DNA of 47,300 nt from positions 1-47,300 of the forward strand of contig JABANN010000251.1 of assembly GCA_013115125.1 (NCBI GenBank). The letters are read 5' to 3'. Under the pieces are notes generated by a model that searched no databases, had not been told where the DNA came from, and saw only the letters and a list, made by a program, of their open reading frames with translations. Position numbers and translations under genes: made by a program. Source of the stretch: Perkinsus olseni. Its lineage: Eukaryota. Positions within the stretch are counted from its first letter, which is position 1. Every line of letters starts with the position of its first letter. Positions 38,201 to 47,300 of this stretch are shown here, piece by piece.

Positions 38201-40717
38201 TCTGATGGTGCGCAAGACGAGTCCTACATAGGATATGAGGAACAAGCAGAGGTGGTGAAGTCTACTATCCGTTCAACATTTGGATATGTTGCAACCAGAC
38301 GGTCAACACTGACATAAAACCGCAAAGTGATGGTCATGGTTCTCGAGGGACTCTCACTGTATTTCCCTTGGTTCATTCAACTCAAGCCGGAAGATCTTCA
38401 CATTCAGACAGTCTTAATTCTAGTGCGACCATACGAGATGTAGGGTTCGGTTGTGCAAGCGGTCCACGGAAGAGTTTACCTGGTTATTAGGGTTACCACC
38501 TCATCATTCCCGATGATGAACGAGAGCTCACGTGAAAGCCACCTCTGCCGAATGCCACTCAGTATGATCACCCCCCTTAGAATCCTTCTATCCGCTCCGC
38601 GGTAAGGCCCGAACATCTGAGGGTGAAGGAGCAGGCGTCCAGGGCCCGGTAAGAAGTAGGAATTTTTCCTCACTTCAAATACCGACGGTATACCGTTGCT
38701 CCGTGAATAGGAATGGCGGAGTGGAGTCTACTCAATAGACGCTCATCCCGGCCTCACTAATGCCTTTATGGAAACCCGCCGTGGTTAAGACTTCACAAGT
38801 TGCCTATCAGCTCCAGCGTTGTGTAGTAGAAGGAACAGCGTGGTCATACGTCGGTCACGGCTCGCTGTCGGAAGGTCGTTGAAGCCCTCTGAGCGGTTCG
38901 CTGATAGCCCGGTGTGAACTTCTGAGTCAATGTCTACACGATTGTGTGTTGTATGGGAGTGCTGTTGAGCTTAGGACCCTTCCGTGCCAACGATTAATCA
39001 TCGCCGATGGTGTTGAGTTATGCCGATTGATTTATTTGGTGTAGAAATTTGATTGCGACTGGTTGGCAATGACTGCAAACTTTGCAGTACACAGCCTGTC
39101 CTACCACTTCTGGCTGGAACCAGGTTCTTGTTCCGAGAACCTGCTCGACGCTGCATCTGCTCTCTCTCAGTTTCCAAGTGGTGATATGTGATGAGTGTCA
39201 CGCTATTAAGGATAGTAAAGCTCAGCGGACAAGAGCTGTGATACCGGTCATCCAGCGAGCCAACCGGGCTATTCTAATATCTGGCACGCCGGCGCTCAAC
39301 CGAGCAGCAGAGCTTTACAATATCCTCTACTGTCTCCTCAGTAAGGTGGACATTTTCGGGTTCCCTCCGTTCATCTCTCCATTCAGAGGATTTTCCTAGC
39401 GAGAGTAAATTCCACAACCGTTACTGCATCAAGGAGCAGCAGCACATCGGCAAGGGTGAGCTCTGTACACTTACCGTGACGAACGCTCCGAGTCAGAGAC
39501 GACCTTTCAGGACGGGTAGTTAACAAGTGGGTGGGGGCCAAAAACAAGGAAGAGCTGTACAGCCTCCTCACAAGTAGGCCTACAGCGGTCTGTGATGGCG
39601 GGCTATCACCACAGGCGGATGTCTGTTAGCCAAGCCAAGCTCATCAGGTACGATAATGATACGCCGACTGAAGAAGGACGTGTTGAAGGAGCTTCCCGAG
39701 AAGAACAGAATTAAAGTCCCACTGGACATCACAGAATCCAAAGCCCAGAAGGTCTTGGCGGAGGTGCAGCAGGCGCAGAAGACGATGAGGGAGCTCAGCA
39801 AGGAGAGTCTCATGAATGGTAGTGGACAGAGGTCAGAAGGATTCCTCAAGGTATGGAGAAAGACGGGCGAAGCCAAAATAGGAGCAGTCAAGGTGAGACC
39901 GGTCGAGTGGACGAGCTTGCATATCATGTGGCTCCTCAGGACTATCTGGATTACCTTCTCGACAACGACTGCAAGATGCTTGTCTTCGCTCATCACCGCA
40001 GTATGCTTGATAAGTTGGAGGAGAAGGTCGACGGAATACTGCGGGTGAAGGGAAGTTCTGCGGGGAAGAATTATGGGTAAGGGGAGTTGCCGACTCCTGA
40101 TAGTAGGACTTGTCACAGACTCATACGGATAGACGGACAGACGCCACAGACGAAGAGGCCAGAATTAGTTAAGAAGTTCCAGGAGGACGAGGATATCAGA
40201 GTTGGTAAGGATGGTGAGAAATGCTGGAGACGAGGGTTGCCAACTGTCTCAGCCGTCCTCTCCATCACGGCGTGTTCGGAAGGCTTGACGTTGACTGCGG
40301 CCAGTGTGGTAGTATTTGCCGAGCTCTACTGGGTGCCGGGTACCATCGAACAGGCCGAGGCACGAGTGCATAGGATAGGCCAGACGAAGAAGTAATGGTA
40401 GTAGGGCCGTTAGGCTAACGGCGTTAGCCGACTCAACTGTGCCCCTCAGTTGCGTGGACATCCATTATCTCATCGCACGTGGCTCCCCGGATGAGGCTGT
40501 GTACGCCTGCTTGAAGCGGAAGAAGGAGGACACGTCTGCCATCCTAAATGGCGAAGTCGAAACCCTGAAGGCCCACGACTCTCCCGTCCGCTTTGGTGGA
40601 GCTAAGAGGATGAGGCCGATGAGTGAGCTCTACGAAGCTGCCGAGGCCGCTGTTGAGGAGGTCTCGGAGGTTATGCCACCAGCTGCCAAGCGATCGGCAG
40701 CGTCGATGGACGGATGA
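35269..40717 (+). CDS. SMARCAL1: SMARCAL1/ZRANB3-like SNF2-family annealing helicase, multi-exon
   Basis: [148 protein letters not shown]-end-like VVEPIP motif before the ATPase. Confidence 0.92.
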
Positions 40718-40853
40718 CATCTCCGTGACGATGGTGATGAATCACGTTGGTTTCACTGCATCCCAAGGGGGTTGTGTTTTGACTTCAATTAACGAATAGG
40801 GATCTTGTTAGGCTACGATCATATTATCAGATCACATTAAGTACCACTTTCAA

Positions 40854-41337
40854 ATGTTCCACCCCTCACCGATGGCTCTGACGAGGATACCTCGTGAGAT
40901 GGTCTTTGCTATGGTAAGCCAAGGAGGGTTTGTATCGTTGTTGACTGTGATGGTATCAGGCCAGAGGAAGTTACGGTCGAACGAAGAAGTGCTTCAGACT
41001 GGCCATAGGACGAGTGATGCATGACTTGATGAGGAGTTATATAGCCCGACAGAAGCGGTCGAGGATCCACCGATGCCATTGGATAGCCCGACTCAACGCC
41101 GCCACTCGGGAGTATAACATGCCATATGCTCATTTTATTAATGGGGTTAGGACGGGGGACATGATGCTGTCGAGGAGGGTATTGACAACTCTGGCCGAGA
41201 CTGAGCCTATCACATTCAAGGCCGTGCTGGATGAATCTAAGAGATACTGGAAGGTAAAGAAGAGGATACTCCTGCGAGCATGACCATGGGTATCTTAGGT
41301 CGAACCGAGTCGGATACGAGATATCCGTGGGGTTTAA
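40854..41337 (+). CDS. MRPL20: Mitochondrial ribosomal protein L20 (bL20m), three exons
   Basis: MFHPSPMALTRIPREMVFAM|ARGSYGRTKKCFRLAIGRVMHDLMRSYIARQKRSRIHRCHWIARLNAATREYNMPYAHFING...LSRRVLTTLAETEPITFKAV...YWK|VEPSRIRDIRGV*, matching bL20 signatures (AxGyxGr, WIxRINAA, LNRKVLxxLAxxEPxxF). Confidence 0.9.
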
Positions 41338-41706
41338 TCACCACATACCCTGTTGCCATGTTGTTTCTGTTCTATGTGGATGTTGAATTGTTAGTTCGGT
41401 GAGACCGGGGGCAATTCGGGTATTGCTGATTGTGATGGGCATTACTCGTACTGCGGTCGAGCGCGTCCTTTTAGTTTCATGGGTGGCGACATGTGGTCGA
41501 ACGATTGAAAGTCGTCGTCTAACAGACGAGTCGTCTGAGACGACGTCTGTCCGAACAAACCAGAAAGTCGTGTTCCATGCTCTTTATTGTGGGGACACTA
41601 GCATTGGGGGATGCGGTTATCATCCTACGAGTTCGAACGAGCTCTTGGTCTCCGGCTGCCTGTAGCGTTGTTGCCTTTCGTGAGTGATTAGTCCTCCCCC
41701 CATCGT

Positions 41707-42794
41707 ATGCTCTTCCCTGCCCACGTTGAAGCCCTCCGTTGTTCGATGGTTGAAAGGGTGTGGAAGGAGTCGACAGTCGTCGGGCCACTACCGGAGTTGA
41801 TGTGTGATATTATGGCCTACATACCCAAACCTGCCCTAACCTTGGATTGCCCTATGGAGGAGATTATCCTGGACATCGACAAGAGTCCCGACTTCATCTT
41901 CGCCAACGGCGATATCGTGTACGGATTTATGACAGTTCGAGATCCCTGGTTCGGGAGCGAATCCACCCTCCTGGGGAAACCATGGTATTGGCCTCCCCAA
42001 CCGAACGTGGTGAAGTCTTAGCCTATTACTGCGACATCTCTGCCCGCTGTTTGTACATTTTGTCGAAGACTCCTACTGCTCATAGATGGACACTGGTTGA
42101 GTATTGCCTGAAGAGCGGCCATGTTACTAGAGCCTCCGAAGTGCCTCGAGTCTCGGGGATAGGTATCGGTAAGCGAGGGCTTCTCATCGCTGGTGATCAC
42201 TGCTTCCTCGCTGTATGCTGGCACGATCGGGTCGAGATCCTCCACACCGAGCTGGAGGGTGGGAGTGGTAGCTTTGAAGTGATATGGTCTACTCAGTTAG
42301 CTGATCCTGCAAGCCTCTTGAAAGTATACCTTCATCTGGTTCGTCCTGCTCCTCTCACCATGGATGTTATATACCCGACACGATCATCCTTCCGTTCGTT
42401 GAGGCTGGTGATGCTCAGGGAATCCTCGCCATTCATTTTCGATAGTGAGGCGCCCACTGAGCTGGCGGGAAAGAATAGGATGAGTCGGTCTATCGTTGGT
42501 ACCAACCTTCATCTCTGTCTTGGCTCGAAAGATGCTCATTGCTTACGTGATAGTAAAGGTCGTCAAGAGTCGTCGCTATTTTCCTTGAGGGAACCAATGA
42601 AGTGGCTTACGCAGCGCTCGTCCGCTGCTGATCACTCCGGGAGATTTTATTTCATCATTCGCAGGCCGCTGGTGACTCACGACGGTGTCACGAGGAAGGA
42701 CAGGTATCGTCTTCTCCGTGCTCATCCATACCTCGCTAACTTACTTTGGCTCCCCACCGGGTGTCGGAAATTTCTTCTGGTCGATAAGTCTTAA
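41707..42794 (+). pseudogene. Tandem family copy 1: F-box-like N-terminus plus beta-rich body; frameshift near 41924
   Basis: ORF 41707-42021 (MLFPAHVEALR..GPLPELMCDIMAYIPKPALTLDCP) loses similarity to copy 2 after IVYG; similarity continues in ORF 41847-42794 (RIHPPGETMVLA...YRLLRAHPYL). Confidence 0.75.
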
Positions 42795-43142
42795 AGTTTC
42801 AGAGGAAGCTTTCAACTCTTCATCGGTTGGTGGCCTTCCGTTGGTTACCAGTGAAGCTGATTGCAGTATTCAGCCCTGTGGGGCTCTGTCTCGTTCTTTT
42901 TCTCTCTGGAGAGTGTGCTGTAAGAGAAAGTTTTATGCTATCGGCTATCACTTATTGCGTTCGATACTTTCGGGGTAGGTGCTGCCCTATCGTGTCAGAT
43001 TTCGCGGATGCCGGTGGCACGTCACATGACTCCTCACATGCTCGAAACCACTCCAGTCTCGGAGGTTCCCATTGACTCTTTGGATGTCAACCGCAGCAGA
43101 CGTTCTTTTACTCTGTAGCATCACTTGATCGCCCCACTCAAT

Positions 43143-44172
43143 ATGCTCTTCCCTGCCCACGTTGAAGCCCTCCGTGTTGAGATGGTTGAAAGGGTGTGGA
43201 AGGAGTCGACAGTCGTCGGGCCACTACCGGAGTTGATGTGTGATATTATGGCCTACATACCCAAACCTGCCTTAACCTTGGATTGCCCTACGGACGAGAT
43301 TATCATCGACATTGGGGAGGACCCAGAGCTCATCTTTGCCAATGGCGGTGGCGTCTTCGCTATCTTCACACGTGCCAGCTACCTGTTGCTCAAGAGAGTG
43401 TTTCCTCCCGGTGAGAAAATCACCTTGGCCCCGCCGCCCGGGAGTGACAATCTCGAAGCCTTCCACGTCGACACTTCGGCTTGCGGTTTGTACGCTCTGT
43501 ATTGGAATGCCGCCAGTGAGCTGCTGCTGAGTGAGTATAGCTTGACGGATGGGACGGTGTGCAAGGTCTCTAAACTACCTCGGGTGTTGTGGCCAGCCGG
43601 CCTGCCCCTTGAGGTCATCGTTGTAGACAAGCACTGCTTCCTCACGGTGCGTTGGCGGACCTTGTTGGAGGTTCTACACGTTGTACTTGGTGATGGAAAT
43701 GGCTGCTTCGAGGTGATATGGTCTACTCGTATCACGGCTGATCTCGAACTAGCAAAAGAGAGGTTCCATTTGGTGTCCCGTGCCCCTCTGATCATCGACG
43801 TCGTTTACGATGGAGAGCGGACTCTCAGATCTGTGAGGCTCGAGATGGTCAGGGAGTCGTCCCCATTCCTCTTCAAAAGTACAGCAGTCGCTGAATCGCC
43901 ATCAGAAGGTTATGTCGTCGGCCCCATCACCTACCAACGTCTATATCTGCCTGTCAGGAGAGAAGTCCTGTTTATGCAACACCAGATGGCGTCTCCAGTC
44001 CCCTAAATTCAAGTCTGAAGAGCTACTGGAGGGGCTCGAGGTTTGCATGCCCGCTACTGATAACTCTGGGCAGGTTTACCTTCTGAGATGCAAGGGTCTT
44101 GAAGCTTACCGTGGTGGTCCAGAGAAAGTCAGTTATCGTCTCCTCCGTGCCCACCCGTATCTTCGTATGTGA
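43143..44172 (+). pseudogene. Tandem family copy 2; frameshift near 43930
   Basis: ATG at 43143. ORF to 44006 aligns with copy 1 up to GPIT; the homologous tail (TNVYICL...TDNSGQVY...YRLLRAHPYLRM*) is in ORF 43912-44172. Confidence 0.75.
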
Positions 44173-44929
44173 TACCATTATCGACCCGTTCGGTGAGCAG
44201 ATTCCTTGCCGAGAGCTGCTCTTTCCTATGAGGCTCGTTCTTATCAGATTTTCTGTCATTACAAATGCCATCGTTGAGTTAAGAGTAGGGCCTCATACGA
44301 GTATCCCGCCTAGTCTCCCCAGGCACCCTGTCCCCTTTCGTGGGGAGGTGAGTTGTTGGAACCCAGTTGTTCCTTGCTGTGCACAGCGAAGTATAATCAC
44401 AAATGTGATGTTCCTTATATAAACCACCTGCTCATGCATCCATAACGATGCGTCGGGGATGCATTGGACTCTAAAATTAAATGCGGTATACTCTCCTCCG
44501 AAGTCTTCTCTATACCAGAATCTTTCATCTGCAGTCCCCAGGAGAGTTGCGACATGATGGCGGCTCTGGTGGCGTTGCACAATCATGGCCGATGCCTCAG
44601 CATCACGTACGCAGTCTCTAGAGTGATGAAGGATCCCCTACGACTGCTCTGACGGATATGACGTCAATCGTGACTCACTCGATTATTTAGTCGCTCGGAT
44701 TTTATCCTACCTGTGATGCGCGAATAACTTCCAGTCCGATAGCTGCTACTGCACTCAACCTGCTAACCAGAATTCCAATACGTCTATCATGATTAGTAAT
44801 CATTGGCAATGAATGATTTGCGAGCGCAATTCTTTCATTACAAAATCAGGTGTGCATGCGTGCTGACTGTAGTCGAACGGCGGATGATGTTTCTTAGGAT
44901 TATCTTCAGCAATTTCACCTTCTCAACAG

Positions 44930-46001
44930 ATACTCTTCCCTGCCCACGTTGGAGCCCTCCGTGTTGAGATGGTTGAAAGGGTGTGGAAGGAGTCGACAGT
45001 CGTCGGGCCACTACCGGAGTTGATGTATGATATGATGGCCCACATACCCAAACCTGCCCTAACCTTGGATTGCCCTATGGAGGAGATCCTCATTAAGGAT
45101 AAGCCTGCCTTTCTCTTCACTAGGAAGAGTATCGTGTATGGTATCTTCAAGAGACACAGCTCCATCTCCCTCGAGCAGGTATCTCCTCCAGCGGAGGGTG
45201 TCATTCTCGTGAGATACGCCAGGCCATCCGAGTGGTACTACAATTCTACCTGCTACTACGATGCTGAGGCTTCCCATCTCTACATTCTACGATATGATAG
45301 TGGTGGAAGGTACTTCTTGGAGTGACAGTACAGTCCGTGGTACAGCATCTCTAATCGACTATAGCATGAGATGTGGCGCGGTTTATAGGACTTAATTAAG
45401 GTTTCCCAACCTCTCTGGCGCGGGGCAGTTTCCACGAAGTATGGCTGTCATCGGTGCATCATTCTTCTTTGGAATAGAGTCGAGACACAACCGTGGTGAG
45501 ACTACGAGATCTATCGAAGTGTTATGCGCTGACAAGAGTGGTAAAGTGAATGTTGTATGGCATATTCATGACAGAGACGTTAGGTTGATCGGACTCCATC
45601 CAGTATCAGCATCGCCATTGATGTTGGATGTCATCTACTCAGAAGATGGCGCCTGGCACTCTGTTAGACTTGAGGTTGAGAGGCTAGCGGCTCCTGTTGT
45701 CGTGGAGGAACGATGCCGCCGTCAAATGCCGATGAGTCAGAATGCAGATTACTTTGCAGGGGGCGTTCTCATGCTCCGGAATACTCCAAGCATCTCGATC
45801 TTCGATAGTCGTCTGAGACGGATCTCGGCCGAGCTGAGCTTACCCGGGGACCCCGCCTGTTTGAACATCTCCATCGACAGGTCTGGGGGGATTTACTTCC
45901 TAATTGAACGGCTTGTAGAAGGCTACCCTCGCTACCGGGTTCACTGCGCCTTTCCCTCTTCATCCGAGAGGTCACCTCCCTTGTTGCTGACGCTACTTTG
46001 A
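44930..46001 (+). pseudogene. Tandem family copy 3; first ATG replaced by ATA, frameshift near 45320, in-frame TAA at 45393
   Basis: ATACTCTTCCCTGCCCAC at 44930; ORF 44969-45325; then LIDYSMRCGAVYRT*LRFP (compare copy 1 LVEYCLKSGHVTRA) leading into ORF 45441-46001 (DRSGGIYFLI...YRVHCAFP). Confidence 0.75.
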
Positions 46002-47189
46002 ATGTTCATCGAAGACTGGATGCAACTCATCGATTTCCTCTCCGCTAACCTCTTGTGTCCTGTGCCCCTCTGGCCACTAGTATTGTATGCGGAGAGGAAT
46101 CGACACAGCGCTATGTGAGGTTCGTAATGGTGGGGAGCTCATCATCCTAATCCATCTTCGCGTGCAGGCAGGTGGCCTCAGGGATCGCCTACATTCAAGC
46201 GCGCGAGCTGCCCGCCTGTTGCCGATAATCCTGGAAAGTTCGATTTCATCCCACGCGAGTCTCTCGCCCTTGTCGGTATGACGAAAGGCGGTTCCCCGCG
46301 TGATCATTCATGTCCTGGTCTAGGAGGTCGCTCCCACTCTTGATGCCGGAGAGCTCTTAGTCGCAGAGGCCTTATCATTCTCGTTCGGATACGTTCGATT
46401 TCTTTTTTGGAGGATAGAAAGGTGTTCTTCCAACGTGCCAGGGAGCCCTCCTTCTATCGTTTTCTACCTCTGTAAATGTGGAGAGTTCCATTCTTCGATG
46501 GGTCCAATGGTGTCCTACCATTCCAACTATAGATTACCCCACACTACCCCTTCACCAATCATGAGTTCTGCTGACTATGAGTTGTTGTTTAAAATATGAT
46601 TCTCCTTTACTGAACGGGCTTGAGTTTGTTTAATCTGAGCTGGAGCAATAACCAGATTTGAGAGAGGCTCGTCTCGATCTAATTCCACCGGTAGTTCAAT
46701 TGTAGGACAAGCTGACCCTAGCTGTAGAAAACATGACAAATTGTGACTACAATATTCCGTGACGAGTGCCAGGCGGCATGGAAAAGTCTGAAAGCGTACA
46801 CGAGTATGTAGCGAGTTGGGGAGCGTTCTACTAGGTGGTGATAATACGCTCGTTGCTATCCATGTGAGAGTAGTGGACCACTACTACTGGCCATGATGGT
46901 AACCGATACCACTACAGTGGTTGTATAGGAAGACCCGTTTAACGTAGTCGCCGAGTACTAGCCGGTTAGCATAGAGGAACGAGATGCCACAGGGGCATTC
47001 GTCGAGAGAGGAGTGGCGTGAGGCAGCGCCTCGCTGTCCCTGCCTCCTATCAGCACTGCCGAGTCACCAGAAAGCCAGAGAAGTTTTCTCTTGCCTTCTT
47101 CGGTGCCCCTCGGTGGTCTCGCACTCTTTGTGCACATATTGGTACGTGTTCACTGTGACTGCTTCAGAGCGTTTGTTGTCTCACTCAAT

Positions 47190-47300
47190 ATGCTCTTCCC
47201 TGCCCACGTCGAAGCCCTCCGTTGTTCGATGGTTGAAAGGGTGTGGAAGGAGTCGACAGTCGTCGGGCCACTACCGGAGTTGATGTATGATATGATGGCC
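47190..47300 (+). CDS. Tandem family copy 4, 5' end only (truncated by window edge)
   Basis: ATGCTCTTCCCTGCCCACGTCGAAGCC... encoding MLFPAHVEALRCSMVERVWKESTVVGPLPELMYDMMA. Confidence 0.85.
   Translation, partial: MLFPAHVEALRCSMVERVWKESTVVGPLPELMYDMMA

Noticed and set aside
38487-38495. Telomerase RNA template (TAACCCTAA on the minus strand)
   Set aside because: A 9-mer is expected by chance at appreciable frequency in 47 kb; no supporting structure was identified and the species' telomere repeat is not established here.
43918-43935. Programmed frameshifting of the Perkinsus mitochondrial type (AGG/CCC sites) to explain array frameshifts
   Set aside because: These are nuclear genes, shift sites differ in position and sequence between copies, and copy 3 also has a stop codon.
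46050-47180. Possible solo LTR or gene relic, including the palindrome AGTAGTGG-A-CCACTACT at 46869-46885
   Set aside because: No matching repeat, target-site duplication or coherent ORF can be supported within the window.
41707-47300. CRISPR-like or mobile-element interpretation of the repeated 160-nt sequence
   Set aside because: The repeats are in-frame coding 5' ends of paralogs, spaced 1.4-2.3 kb apart, with homologous downstream protein; no cas genes or terminal repeats.

Overview
Gene-dense eukaryotic nuclear DNA with many very short (about 40-55 nt) GT-AG introns and very short intergenic spacers. Gene content (ApiAP2-type protein, lineage-specific multigene families) points to a myzozoan alveolate, most likely Perkinsus; this is an inference, not a database result. 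From left to right: the 5' end of an LTR retrotransposon (gag, running off the left edge), a frameshifted secreted two-repeat protein, two weakly defined hypothetical genes, a C2-like/CaMKK-like kinase, a mitochondrion-targeted tandem-AP2 protein head-to-head with mitochondrial ATP synthase beta, a large ankyrin-repeat gene, a hypothetical gene, a 23-bp hairpin, a 17-kb HUWE1/Tom1-type HECT E3 ligase, 60S acidic protein P2 head-to-head with a SMARCAL1-like helicase carrying two abnormally long introns, mitochondrial ribosomal protein L20, and a tandem array of four paralogs with a nearly identical F-box-like 5' module, highly divergent bodies and disrupted frames. Most notable: the mosaic F-box-like array, the mitochondrial AP2 gene, and four outlier-long introns that may host ncRNAs or insertions. 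Exon boundaries were read by eye and gene coordinates are outer spans.
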